The notes beneath the pieces are model-generated. The model was not told where the DNA came from and did not search any database. It saw only the letters and a program-made list of their open reading frames with translations. This document shows, in pieces, positions 1 through 12,262 of a stretch of DNA of 64,000 nucleotides. Numbering within the stretch: the stretch's first letter is position 1; every line of letters begins with the position of its first letter. The stretch lies in assembly GCA_963733375.1 (NCBI GenBank), contig CAVTDB010000013.1:32001-96000 (forward strand), written 5' to 3'. Position numbers and translations under genes: made by a program. The stretch is from Nitrospirota bacterium. GTDB taxonomy: Bacteria; Nitrospirota; JACRHJ01.

Positions 1-3000
1 CAGGAACTTCAAAAGTACCATCGGGCGCGGCAAAAAGATGCTGAAACCCCTGATGTTCGCGGGCGGCGTCGCGGCGAATGCCGGCATGGTCCGTGCCTTC
101 AGGGAGGTCATGGACGCGGGCGAGAGCCTTGTAGTGCCCGAGCATTTCTCCGTCCTCCCGGCGGCTGGCGCGGCGCTCTACGCGGCGGCAAGGGGAGAGG
201 CTGCGGAAATTCCAGGGCGCGGAAAAGCTGCTCGCGTACCTGAAGGTCGTCCAGTACATGGGCGAGGGCCTGGCCCCGCTTCTGGCCGACGAGAAATTCC
301 TGATACGCTCCTCCCCGCTGTCCGAGGTCTATAAGGTTGAAGGGCCGGAGAAGGTCAACGCATACCTGGGCGTGGACATCGGCTCCATAAGCACTAACGT
401 GGTCGTTATAGACGAGCAGAAGCGCGTGCTTTCCAAGCGCTACCTGATGACGGCGGGCAGGCCTATCGAGGCGGTGCGCCAGGGCCTTCGCGAAGTCGGC
501 GCGGAGGTCGGAGACAAAGTGAGAATACTGGGCGCGGGCACGACCGGTTCGGGGCGGTACATGATAGCCGATTTCATCGGCGCGGATATCGTAAAAAACG
601 AGATAACCGCGCAGGCCACCGCCGCCGCGGACATCGACCCGCTGGTGGACACCATATTCGAGATAGGCGGCCAGGATAGCAAGTTCATAAGCTTAAGGGG
701 CGGCGTCGTGGTGGACTTCGAGATGAACAAGGTCTGCGCCGCGGGCACTGGCTCCTTTCTGGAGGAGCAGGCGGACAAGCTCGACATAAACATTAAAGTC
801 CAGTTCGGCGAGATGTCTCTATCGTCCCGGTGTCCCATATCGCTTGGCGAGCGCTGCACCGTCTTCATGGAATCGGCGGTGGTCTCCCATCAGCAGAAGG
901 GCGCGCCCACGGAAGACTTGGTTGCCGGGCTTGGCTACTCCATCGTCTATAACTATTTAAACAAGGTCGTCGGCGACAAGAAGGTCGGGGACAGAATATT
1001 CTTCCAGGGCGGCGTGGCTTTTAATAAGGGCGTCGCGGCGGCGTTCGAGCGCGTGACCGGCAAGCCCATCACCGTACCTCCGCACCACGACGTGACCGGC
1101 GCGATTGGCATGGCGTTAATCGCCAAAAAATACGCCGAGCAGACCGGCCTCAAAAAAAGCGGCTTCAAGGGCTTCGACCTGGGCAACCGTAAATACGCCG
1201 TAAAGTCCTTCGACTGCAAGGGCTGCTCCAACCAGTGCGAGATACGCCAGGTGACTATGGAAGGCGAGAGGGAAAAATTATTCTACGGCTCCCGTTGCGA
1301 AAAATACGACGTGAAGCGAAAGGCCGCGAAGGACGAGAACCAGCTCCCGCGCCTCTTCGCCCTCAGGGAGGAGCTTCTCCTCAAAGGCTACGATCCGTCC
1401 AAGAGCACCGATACATCGCGCGAAGCGGGTTTAAAAAAAAATAGGGATACCGTATGTGCTGTTCTTCCATGAGCAGTTCCCGTTCTGGCGCACTTTTTTA
1501 GAGACGCTTGGGTTTACCGTGGTGCTGTCCGACCGCTCCAACAAGCAGACCATACGCCGGGGGCTGGAGGCCGTAATCGCCGAGTCCTGCTTCCCCATAA
1601 AGATGGCGCACGGGCATATAATGGATTTAATCGATAAAGGGGTGGAGCGCATCTTCCTCCCGTCCTTTATCAACCTGGCCCAGGACGGAGACAAGATGGA
1701 GCGCGGGGTGGCATGCCCCTATGTCCAGACCATGCCGTACCTCGCGGCCGCGGCCATTCCGGGGCTGAGGCTAATCGCGCCGTCGATCGATTTCGGGCAG
1801 GGCATGGCCGAGATGGCCAGGGAGCTTAAAGGCTCGCTTTCGGATTATAAAATAAGCATAGGCCGGATAAGGGCCGCGCTGGTTGCTGGCGCGAAAGCCC
1901 AGAAGGAATTTTACGAGTCGACTAAAAAAGCGGGCAGGGAATTCCTGGAGAAGCTGGGTGAAAACGGCCGCGCCATCGTAATCATGAGCAGGCCGTACAA
2001 CGGCTGCGACGGCGGGCTGAACCTGGACCTGCCGGAGAAGCTTCGCGACCTGGGCATCGCCGCAATGCCGCTCGATTTCCTGCCGCTTGGCGATATAGAC
2101 ATAAGCAAAGATTGGCCGAACATGTACTGGCGGAGCGGCCAGAGGATACTGCAGGGCGCGGAGATAGTCCGGGGAGACAAGCGGCTTAACGCGCTATACA
2201 TAACGAACTACGGCTGCGGGCCGGACTCCTTCCTCACGAAGTATTTCAAGGAGGTGATGGTCGAGAAACCCTACCTCCAGCTCGAGGTGGACGAGCATTC
2301 GGCGGACGCGGGCGCGATAACCAGGTGCGAGGCGTTCCTCGATTCGCTTGAGAACGTCGGGATGCTTTCGACCGAGAGGCGGAGCTTCAGGACGGTCTCA
2401 TATTCCAAAATTGGCGGGAAGGGCCGGAAGATATTCATCCCCCGCATGTGCGACCACGCGTTCGTCCTTGCCTCCGCGTTCAAGCGCCACGGCATCGACG
2501 CGGCGCCGACTTCGCCCGCGGACTCGCTGACGCTCGAGCTTGGCCGGAAGCATACCTCCGGCAAGGAGTGCTACCCCTGCACCGTCACCACGGGCGACAT
2601 GGTAAAGATATGCGTGGCTGATGGGTTCGACCCCGCCGCTTCAGCGTTCTTCATGCCGTCCGGCACCGGCCCGTGCCGCTTCGGACAGTACAATATGCTG
2701 CACCGCCTAGTGCTGGACGAGATAGGTTTCCCGGACGTGCCCATCTATGCGCCGAACCAGGACGAGGGGCTGTATAAGGACCTCGGCATGGTCGGGAACA
2801 GTTTCGTGCGCTCCGCCTGGCAGGGCATCGTGGCTACGGACCTCCTGAATAAATGCCTGCACGAGACCCGTCCGCACGAGAAGGAAAAAGGGGCGGCCCA
2901 GGCCCTGCACAAGGAGTTCCTGGAGCGGGTATGCAACGTAATCGAAAAGGGCCTGCCAATGGAGCCCACGCTCCATGACATGAGAGACGCCTTCGAGGGC

Positions 3001-3612
3001 CTTCCGAAGGACGGCATTAAAAGGCCGCTCATCGGCATCGTCGGGGAGATCTATGTCCGGAGCAACGAGTTCTCCAACGAATCGGTCATCAAAAAAATCG
3101 AGGCCCTGGGCGGAGAGGTATGGCTTGCGCCGTTCGGGGAGTGGATACTCTACCAGAACCATACCAACATCGACGCCGCGAGAAGAAAGGGGAGCATATC
3201 GGAATATTTCTCCTGTCTCGCGACCCATTTAGTCCAGACCAGGATAGAACATAAATACAGCTCCATCTTCGAGGGCTTTTTGAATACCCTCCACGAGCCG
3301 CCGATAAAGGAGACCCTCGCGCTCGCCCTGCCGTACCTTAAACCCTCGTTCCAGGGCGAGGCGATCCTCTCGATGGGCAAGAGCGTGGACTTCACCCGCC
3401 ACGGCGTATCAGGCGTGGTGAACGCCATGCCGTTTAACTGCATGCCGGGTACCATCGTTACCGCGCTCCTGAAGAAATTCTCGGAGGACCACGGCGACTT
3501 CCCCTACATATCGATGTCCTACGACGGAAACGAGCAGGCAAACGGGATGACCCGCCTGGAGGCGTTCATACACCAGGCCATCCAGAGGATGAACGACAAC
3601 GTGCTGGTGTAG
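1..3612 (+). CDS. 2-hydroxyacyl-CoA dehydratase activator (BadF/BadG/BcrA/BcrD ATPase) fused to DUF2229/HgdB-like domains; 5'-truncated by window, frameshifted
   Basis: ORFs 38-334, 258-1472 and 1456-3612 join into one protein. Motifs GVDIGSISTN, EIGGQDSK, MNKVCAAGTGSFLEEQA, CxxCxNxC, ESCFPIK, GCGPDSF, DEHSADAG, GKECYPC, GPCRFGQY, PFNCMPG. Confidence 0.9.
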
Positions 3613-3623
3613 GTTGTTTTATC

Positions 3624-3652
3624 TTGACAGCCGTTGAATCCTTCGGTATAAG
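3624..3652 (+). promoter_or_regulatory. sigma70-type promoter for the metal-efflux operon (leaderless geometry)
   Basis: TTGACA (3624-3629), 17-nt spacer, TATAAG (3647-3652); GTG start 6 nt downstream at 3659. Confidence 0.7.
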
Positions 3653-3658
3653 TGAAAT

Positions 3659-4054
3659 GTGAGAATATTTCTCAAAATATTCCTGACTGCGGCAATCGGC
3701 ATTAACCTCCTTTGCGCGGTCATGCCTCCCAGGACCTGCGGGATGCCCTGCTGTCAGGGGGCACGGGGGGCATAATGGGAGCGATGGCGGCATTCTTCCT
3801 GCTCCGACTACTCTCCCTTGCAGATGCACGCCCCCGAAACGCCGCCCTGCTGTAAAATTCAGGCCGCTCAAAACACAGACCCCGCTACTCTGAACACCGT
3901 CCGGCCGGAGCCGTCGATGGACTTGACGCCCATATCCGGCCCGGGCTTCGCAGTCAATACCTTCGCAAAAAAGGCCCCGCTTGTAGACGGCTCCCCGCCA
4001 GGGGCGCTAAATTCAGTACCCGTCTATAAACTGACCTCCGCATATCTCTGCTGA
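3659..4054 (+). CDS. small Cys-rich exported/leader protein preceding heavy-metal efflux genes (frameshifted)
   Basis: GTG 3659 gives MRIFLKIFLTAAIGINLLCAVMPPRTCGMPCCQG; after indel(s) it joins ORF 3818-4054 (PPCCKIQ...GSPP...PVYKLTSAYLC). Confidence 0.6.
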
Positions 4055-4194
4055 CCCCCAAGCGGGGTGCGGGCATTTTGACATGCCTTTGCCCCCCATA
4101 GTCCCTTTTTTTCTTATTCGTAATCTAAAGCCGTAAACCGTGCGGAAGCTTCATTCTATGGCGTTAGTATCCGATTTTTAAGACAAAATAAGCG

Positions 4195-4872
4195 GTGTCT
4201 GGTAAATTTATGCGTATGCGCACAAAAGAGGTTTTACGTGTAACAGCCGCCGGGGTAGCCGGGGCCGTCATAGGGTATTTTATCCTGCACCCTTACAGCG
4301 CGGTCTTTTATAGCCTGTACCCCCTCCCGCACAGCCGGACGCCCGGAAGCAGTCTCAGCTTTCAAGAGGCGCTGGGCCAGTTCAGGCTCTTCCTGGATAC
4401 CTTCAACATGTGGTATGTCGGCATCCCGTACGCGTTAATCGGCGCGCTGGCCGGGATATCCATCGGTATCGCGGCGGAAGCCAGAAGGCGGCACGAGGAG
4501 ACCAAACGGCGGGAGGCGGCCAGGAAGGCGGCCCATGAAGCGCTCCAGGAGCTAATGGTGACGCTCTCCCACTATCTCCTGAACGCCTCGACCGTCATCG
4601 GCGGATATTCCAGGCTCCTGATTAAGAAAACGAAGGGCACGGACCTGGAGAAGCCTCTACAAGCAATCATGGAAGAGTCCGCGTACGTGGAGGCGGTCGT
4701 GAATTCGCTCCAGTCGCTTGAGGCCGTGAAGGAGGAGGAATATATTCCCGGCGGAAGTTCCCGGATGATAGATATAAAAGCGGAGCTTGAGCGCCGTATC
4801 GCGGAGTCGGCGGCGCGTAAGGACGCCGCAATAGAGAAAGAAGAAAAAAGTGAGACAACCTTCTTAAAATAA
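4195..4872 (+). CDS. membrane protein with HisKA-like dimerisation/phosphoacceptor helix but no HATPase domain
   Basis: Two hydrophobic segments, a coiled coil, then H-box-like LMVTLSHYLLNASTVIGGYSRLL; no N/G1/F/G2 boxes follow. Confidence 0.6.
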   Translation: MSGKFMRMRTKEVLRVTAAGVAGAVIGYFILHPYSAVFYSLYPLPHSRTPGSSLSFQEALGQFRLFLDTFNMWYVGIPYALIGALAGISIGIAAEARRRHEETKRREAARKAAHEALQELMVTLSHYLLNASTVIGGYSRLLIKKTKGTDLEKPLQAIMEESAYVEAVVNSLQSLEAVKEEEYIPGGSSRMIDIKAELERRIAESAARKDAAIEKEEKSETTFLK

Positions 4873-6142
4873 GCGCGGCGTGCGTCATGCTGGCCGCCTC
4901 ACTGCCCGCCTATGCGGGAGAGACGATAACGCTCTCAGACCTGCTCGGCGAAGCGAGGGCGAAAAACCCCGCACTCTCGGCGATGCAGTACAGGTACGAG
5001 GCGGGGCGGCAGCAGGTGTCCCAGGCCGGGGCGTTCCCGGACCCGATGCTGGAGTTTGGAATCCAGAACCTGCCGGTGAACTCGTTCTCTTTCAGCAAGG
5101 ACGATGATGACCTCGAAGATGGTCGGGCTGTCCCAGACGTTCCCGTTCTTCGGGAAGAGGGGGCTTAAGCGCGAGGCCGCGGCCTTCGAGGCACAGGCAC
5201 TGGAAGGGGACTACAAGGAAGTGGGCCTTCAGCTCGAAAAGGACGTGAAGACTGCCTATTTCGACCTCTATCTACTCAAAAAAAGCCGGGAGGTATTGGA
5301 TAAGACTGCTAATCTGCTCGACAACCTGCTGAAGATAACCCAGTCCCGCTACTCGGTCGGCCTGGGGAACTTCAAGGATATTATCAAAACGCAGGTTCAG
5401 CAGTCACTGTTAGTTGACAAAAGGCTTGCCCTGGAGAGGGACGAGCGGACAAAGAGGGCAGAGCTTGGGGCGCTGCTTGGACGGGGGGCGCCGGTCGCGG
5501 GCGAGGTAGAGGACGTGAAGCCCGCAGTCCTCACGCTGGACGAGAAGGCCCTGTCGGAATCGGCCGTGGCGAACCGGCCCGCGCTCAAGGCCGCGTCAGA
5601 GCGGATAAAAGAGGGGGAGGCCATGCTGGAGACGGCGAAGAGGGAATATTACCCGGACTTCACAGTCACCGCCCAGTACATGGAAAGGGACAGGCAGGAT
5701 ACAGGCGTAAAACCTTCCGACATGGTAACCGCGTGGTCTCCGTAAACCTGCCAATCTGGCGCAAATCGAAGCTTGCACCCGGCGTCCTTGAGGCGTCTCT
5801 TACGAAGAACGCAGCCGAGCAGGAGTAAAACGCAAAGGTGAACGAGATAAAGGCCCAGGTGGAGTCGCTTGTGGAGCAGGTGAATAAGGACGAATCTCAG
5901 ATTAAACTATACCGCGAAGTCGTCATACCGCAGGCCGGGGAGGACATAAACGCCGGGCTCGCGGGATACGAGGTGGGCAAGGTGCAGTATATGGACCTGC
6001 TGGACTCCATCCGGACGTTCCTCGACTACCAGACCGAATACTATAACCGGATAGCCGGAAGGGAGAAGGCCATAGCCGAGCTTGAGGCGGTTACGGGCAA
6101 AGAGTTAGGGCCGGCCCGGCCGGCGGCGGAGGTTCTAAATGA
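4850..6142 (+). CDS. TolC/CusC-family outer membrane efflux protein (frameshifted, one in-frame TAA)
   Basis: ORFs 4887-5168, 5104-5745 and 5838-~6140: signal peptide, FPDPMLEFG, SQTFPFFGKRGLK, NRPALKAA, YYPDF; first gene of an RND triad. Confidence 0.85.
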
Positions 6143-7619
6143 AAAACAAAATAATCGCCCTGATTATACTGTTTGCGGCGGTCTTCGCCGCGAGCGCGTA
6201 TTTAAGCCGGAGCTTCTGGCTCCATTACATGCCCTGGGGTACGGGCGGGCAGGCCGGACATGCGGTCGGCGCGAAGGACGACCAATGCAAGACCGTATAT
6301 ACCTGTCCCATGCACCACCAGATAATCAGGGACAGCCCCGGCGACTGCCCCATCTGCGGCATGACGCTGGTCAAGAAAGAGGTCGGCGCTCGGCGGCTCC
6401 GGCAAAGGGGGAAACGGGGGGAACGGGGGACGGCAAAGGGGATGGGGGGCGTGGAAAATATGTCTTCAACTCCGGGGACGACGCCGGCGGAGCAGTCCCT
6501 TAAGACCGTGACGCTCGACCCGCGCGAGAGGATGCTTGCGAACGTGGCGACCACCGAGGCGCGTGAGGAATCTATTTCCCAGGAAGTCGATACAGTGGGC
6601 AAGATAGCCATGGACGAGCGAATATCCGGAAAGTCTCCTCGCGGTACGCCGGACGGATTGAAAGACTGGCGGTGAACTTCACCGGGCAGTACGTGAGAAA
6701 AGGCCAGGAGATTTTCTCCATATACAGCCCGGATATGGTGACGACCCAGAAAGAATATCTTATCGCCAAGGCATCGGCTGCGCGGCTTAAGTCTTCCGAT
6801 TTCCCGGAGATAGCGTCCGGGTCGGAGGGAGTGCTGGACGCGGCCAGGACGAGGATGAAGCTCTGGGGCTTAACCGACGCGCAGATACACAGGCTGGACG
6901 CGACCGGAGAGGTGAATAACACCGTCTCGGTTTACTCCCCCGTATCCGGGACAGTCACGGCCATAAAGGCGAGACAGGGCGATTACGTGACGGAGGGCAC
7001 CGAGGTCTTCACGGTATCCGACCTCTCCCGCGTATGGATGGAGGCGGAGGTTTACGAATACGAGTTCTCGAAAGTATCGCTCGGCTCGCGGGTGGAGGTC
7101 ACGGCGGAGGCATATCCGGGCAGGGTATTTTGGGGGACGGTGTCGTTCATAGACCCCACGGTGAACCCGGACAGCAGGACGGTGCGAGTCCGGGCGGACC
7201 TGCCTAACAAAAACGGGATGTTGAAGCCTGAGATGTTCGTGACGGCGCGGCTTCTGTCGAAGCCCGTCAGGGGAGTCGTGGTCCCGGCCTCGGCTGTCCT
7301 CTATACCGGCAAGGGCAACGTGGCGTGGGTGGAGGAAAAGCCGAACGTGTTCACCATGCGCAGCGTCACCACCGGCCTTCGCTCGGGAGATGACTTCCAG
7401 ATACTGGCCGGGCTGAAGCCGGGCGAGCGCGTCGTGACCCAGGGCGGGTTCCTGATCGATTCCGAAGCCCAGCTCGAGCAGAGCGCGGGCGGAGGGGGCG
7501 GTATGGCCAATATGCCGGGCATGGAAAAATCGGGACCCTCACCCCCGACCCCTCTCCCAGAGACGGGCGAGGGGAGCAAGGCAAGAGGGAAAAATTCCAT
7601 GCCGGGCATGAAGATGTAA
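6139..7619 (+). CDS. cusB: CusB-like RND periplasmic adaptor with heavy-metal-binding domain
   Basis: YTCPMHHQIIRDSPGDCPICGMTL, IYSPDM..QKEYL, DLSRVW, IDPTVNPDSRTVRVR, LKPEMF, GFLIDSE, Met-rich MPGM tail; one frameshift near 6630. Confidence 0.9.
7536..7574. repeat. G/C-rich BoxC/PIT-type triplex repeat inside cusB coding sequence
   Basis: CCCTCACCCC-CGA-CCCCTCTCCC-AGAGAC-GGGCGAGGGG, read in frame as PSPPTPLPETGEG. Confidence 0.7.
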
Positions 7620-7620
7620 T

Positions 7621-10600
7621 ATGATAAATAGAATAATAGAGTACTCCGCAAAAAACAGGCTCATCGTCCTGTCGCTTTTCGCTCTCGTAATAATCTGGGG
7701 CGTATGGGCGCTGTACAGGACGCCGCTCGACGCCATACCCGACCTCTCCGACAACCAGGTCATCGTCTATACCCAGTGGCCGGGCAGAAGCCCGCAGACT
7801 ATCGAGGACCAGATAACCTACCCGCTGGTAACCAGGCTTCAGGGCGTGCCGAAGGTCCGGGTGGTACGCGCGACGTCGGCGTTCGGCTTTTCCCTCATCT
7901 ACGTCATCTTCGACGACGACGCGGATATCTACTGGCCAGGACAAGGGTCCTGGAGAGGCTTAACTACGCTTCCTCGGAGCTGCCCGCAGGTGTAAAGCCC
8001 GCACTAGGTCCCGACGGCACGGGGGTCGGGCAGGTTTACTGGTACACCCTGAAAGGCGACGGCTACACCTGGCGAGCCTTCGGGCCATACAGGACTGGTA
8101 CGTCCGCTACCAGCTCAATGCCGTGCCGGGCGTGGCGGAAGTCGCCTCGATGGGCGGGTTCATGAAGCAGTACGAGGTGGACCTGGACCCGAACAAGGTG
8201 CAGGCCTACCACGTCAGCACCACGGACATCACGGACGCCATAAAAAAGAGCAACAGCGAGGTCGAGGGGAACCTCTTCGACAAAAGCTCTATGACATTCA
8301 TGGTGCGGGGGTTGGGATATATCAAGGGCATACATGACCTGGAAAACGTGCAGGTGGCCGTCCACGGCGGGACGCCGATATTCGTAAAAGACATAGGCCG
8401 GGTGCAGATGGGCGTGCAGACCAGGCGGGGCCTTATAGAGAAGGACGGAATGGGCGAGGCGGTCGGCGGCATCGTGGTGATGCGCTACGGAGAGAACGCC
8501 AGCCAGGTAATCGAACGCGTAAAGGCAAAAATAGCCGAGATACAGCCTGGGACTCCCCAAGGGGGTAAGGATCGTCGCCTCTTACGACCGCTCGGATCTG
8601 ATAGACCGCGCGGTGCATACCTTAAAGCGCGCGTTGACCGAGGAATCGGTAATCGTCTCTCTCGTGATGCTGGTGTTCCTCCTGCATTTCCCCAGCGCGA
8701 TAGTCATCGTCCTGACGCTGCCCATCGCGGTGCTGATCGCCTTCATAACCATGAAACAGATGGGCATCACCTCCAACATCATGTCCCTTGGCGGCATCGC
8801 GATAGCCATCGGCGTCCTGGTGGACGCGGGCGTTATCATGGTGGAGAACTGCTACCGCCACCTCTCCGAGATGACGCCGGAGGAGAGGGTCCCGGCGGCT
8901 GGAAGTGGTGATAATTTCGACCAAGCAGGTCGGTCGGGCGATATTTTTTTCCCTTGCCATCATAGTCCTCTCCTTTGTCCCGGTATTCATGCTGAAAGGA
9001 CAGGAAGGGAAACTATTCCATCCGCTGGCCTTCACCAAGACCTTCTCGATGACGGGTTCCGCCCTAATCGCCATTACCCTGGTGCCGGTACTGATGTACT
9101 ACTTAATCCGGGGAAAGATGCCGCCGGAATCCAGTAACCCGGTGTCGCAGTTCTTCATCTTACTGTACTCACCTGTCATCAGGTGGGCGCTCAAATACAA
9201 GAAGACGGTCATCCTCCTAAACGTCCTGGCGCTGGTGGTGGCGATATTCCTGTACGCGGGGCTGGGACGCGAGTTCATGCCATCTCTTGACGAGGGAAGC
9301 CTGCTCTACATGCCCACCACGCTGCCTCCGATATCGATGACGGAGGCGAAGCGGCTTATCACTGTGCAGGACTCGATTATAAAGTCCGTGCCGGAGGTGG
9401 ACCATGTGCTGGGGAAGGTCGGGCGCGCGGACAGCGCCACGGACCCGGCTCCGGTCAGCATGTTCGAGACACTGATACTGCTGAAGCCGAAGGATAAGTG
9501 GCGGCCCGGTCTTACCAAGGCGGACATTAACGACGAACTGTCCGGAAAACTTAAGATACCCGGCGTCTCCGAGGGCTGGACCCAGCCCATCATAAACCGG
9601 ATACAGATGCTGTCTTCCGGCGTACGGACGGACATCGGCGTGAAGATAATGGGGAATAACCTGGACGTCTTGAACTCGCTTGCCCTGCAGGCGCAGGGGA
9701 TACTGGAGAAGGTGCCCGGCGCCGTGGACCTCTACGCCGAGCGGGTAACGGGCGGAGAGTACCTGGACATAAAGGTAGACCGGGAGGCTGCGGCCCGCTA
9801 CGGGCTGAAGGTCTGGGACGCGCAGGAGATAATAGAGAGCGCGATAGGCGGGATGGACGTAACCAAGACAGTGGAGGGCAGGGAGCGTTTCCCCGTCGTA
9901 GTCCGGTACGCGCGCGACTTCCGGGATAACCTGGACGTGCTGGGGACGCGTGCAGGTACCCGTAAACATGGGTAAAACGCATATACCGCTGGCGCAGCTC
10001 GCCTCAATTAAGGTAGACCCCGGCCCGGATATGATCAACTCGGAGAACGGGCTGCTGCGCTCCGTGGTCTTCCTGAACGTGCGCGGGCGTGACATGGGCT
10101 CTTTCGTGGAAGAGGCGAAGGCGAAGCTTGACGCGGGGCTTAAACTCCCGCCGGGATATTACGTCAACTGGTCGGGCAACTGGGAGAACCAGGTACGCGC
10201 CGGCGAAGCGGCTTCGACATCCTGGTACCGTTAGGCCTGGCGATAATTTTCATCCTGCTCTATTTCACGTTCCATTCCGCCGTAAGGAGGCGGCGATGGT
10301 CATGCTGTCCGTGCCGTTCGCGCTGGTCGGCGGAATATATCTCGTCTCGGCTTTGGGTTACAACATGTCCGTCGCCGTGTGGGTCGGGTTTATCGCGCTC
10401 TACGGCGTGGCGGTGGAGACGGGCGTGGTGATGGTCATATACCTGCACGAGGCGCTCGACAAGAAAATCCTCGCCGGGGCTGTCACGGAGAAAGATATCT
10501 ACGATGCGACATTCGAAGGCGCGGTGCTTCGGCTCCGGCCTAAACTGATGACGGTATCGGTCGCGCTGATGGGACTACTGCCTATCATGTGGTCGTCCGG

Positions 10601-10766
10601 CACCGGGTCCGACGTCATGAAGCCGATCGCCGCGCCGATGATCGGCGGGATGATCACCTCCGCCGTGCACGTTTTGATAATGACCCCGGTAATATTCGTC
10701 CTGATGAAGTCGCGTGATTTGAAAAAAGGCAGGCTAAAGATGTCCGATATGAAGCCGGTAAGTTGA
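7621..10766 (+). CDS. cusA: CusA/CzcA heavy-metal RND permease (several frameshifts)
   Basis: [80 protein letters not shown]. Confidence 0.93.
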
Positions 10767-10777
10767 CTTTAAAACCT

Positions 10778-10819
10778 CGCTTTCTTTTGCTACTTTTCTT
10801 TCTCGCGAAAGAAAAGTAG
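10778..10819. repeat. A/T-rich triplex-type module, single copy (locus 1)
   Basis: CTTTCTTTT-GCTAC-TTTTCTTTC-TCGC-GAAAGAAAA-GTAG between convergent cusA and antiporter genes. Confidence 0.9.
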
Positions 10820-10824
10820 AGGTC

Positions 10825-11835
10825 TTATTTTAAAATAAACAAATAAAGAATAAACAGCGCGTAAAGCCCCCCACAGGCGAGCAGTACGTGCGGCTTTATC
10901 TCCTTCTTTAGCTTTAGCGTTAAATATAGGCCCGAGGCGGACAAAAGCGCGAGGACGGCGGATACCATAGTGGGGCCCCTCAGGTCCCAGTGCGTGAATG
11001 CGACGCCTATGGCAACCGGGAAGCTGGCCTGAAAGACCATCGCCCCGGTGATGTTCCCGACGGCAAGGGTATCTTTTTTGTCCCTTATCCAGAGCACGCT
11101 GTTCATTTTCTCCGGGAAGCTCCGTCGCGATGGGCGTGACCAGCAGGGAGAGTATAAGGGTCGGCACGGAAAGCATCCCTGCCACGTGCTGTACCGCGAC
11201 GACGAAATAATGCGCACCACAACTATCAGGCCAAGGGCGACGATTATCTGAAGCGAGATGAACCGCTTTTTTGCGCGCTTGCTGTTAAAGAGCTTCGAGA
11301 GGTACAGGATTTCCAGCTCGCCGTGGCCTTCTCCTTTATGCCTTAAAGAGACGTACAGATAGACGCCGTATGAGAGCATGAGGCAGGCCGCGATAACATT
11401 ATCTAATAACGCCGTGCGGCGCGAACGTCGCGAGGCAGGCGACCGAAGACATCCCTATGAAGAAGGCTAAATCCCTCTCTTTTACGGCCACGTCGAACTT
11501 CAGGGCTTTCCTGCGCCTGCCCTTTTTGTGGTAGTAAAAGACGGCCGCGCCCGTTACGGACATCGCAAGCGTCGCGAGCATGAACGGAGCGCCCGCGATG
11601 GCCCCAGCGGCCACGTCCATGCCTTCCCTGTTACCCGCGATAAGGGCCAGTACGGGGATGGAGGTCTCCGGGAGCGCCGTGCCCACCGCCGCCAGCACTT
11701 GGAGCCGGTCGCGCCCCGCGATAAGTCCATCTTCTTCCCGGCCCATTCGACCCCGTTCGTGAACAGCTCGCAGGCGAAAAGTATCAGCGCGAGGCTTACG
11801 ATTAAAAGCAGGGGATATAAAAAATATTGAGCCAT
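10825..11835 (-). CDS. sodium:calcium antiporter (CaCA family), frameshifted
   Basis: ACELFTNGVEWAG, LAAVGTALPETSIP, GAIAGAPFMLATL, TPIATELPE, KDTLAVGNITGAMVFQ alpha-repeat motifs. Confidence 0.85.
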
Positions 11836-11845
11836 GATTTACATT

Positions 11846-11944
11846 CTACTTTTCTTTCACGTGAAAGAAAAGTAGCAAAAGAAAGCGGGGCCTTTAATTC
11901 CGGCTTTTCTTTGCCTACTTTCTTTTCACCCGAAAAGAAAGTAG
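11846..11944. repeat. A/T-rich triplex-type doublet (locus 2)
   Basis: CTAC-TTTTCTTTC-ACGT-GAAAGAAAA-GTAGC-AAAAGAAAG ... CTTTTCTTT-GCCTAC-TTTCTTTTC-ACCC-GAAAAGAAA-GTAG. Confidence 0.92.
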
Positions 11945-11945
11945 G

Positions 11946-11975
11946 TTGACAAAAAGATAATTCTGGGGCTAAGAT
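11946..11975 (+). promoter_or_regulatory. putative sigma70 promoter abutting repeat locus 2
   Basis: TTGACA 11946-11951, 18-nt spacer, TAAGAT 11970-11975. Confidence 0.5.
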
Positions 11976-11979
11976 AGTC

Positions 11980-12262
11980 ATGGTCGGAATTATCAACGTT
12001 GACTTGCGGAGAGGATTGGTTTTTCATGGCGTGGGAATGGCATATGATCGAGGAGGAGAAGGCGCTCCGGGCGCTCAAGAAGATGGTGGAAGGCGCGGCG
12101 GTAAAGCTGAAAGAGCCGACTTTAAGCGAACTGGAGGCGGTACGGCTGATGGAGATTACCCGCACATGGGTATCGAAGGTATTCCCGGAGAAACTCCGGG
12201 CTTACGACGCGGCTGAATAAGCCGCGCCTTGAGAACATCTATTACAGGAAGGCCGGCCATGA
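11980..12262 (+). CDS. hypothetical protein (frameshifted)
   Basis: ORF 11999-12220 (EEEKALRALKKMVE...VFPEKLRAYD) looks coding and appears to continue across an indel (KPRLENIYYRK). Confidence 0.45.
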
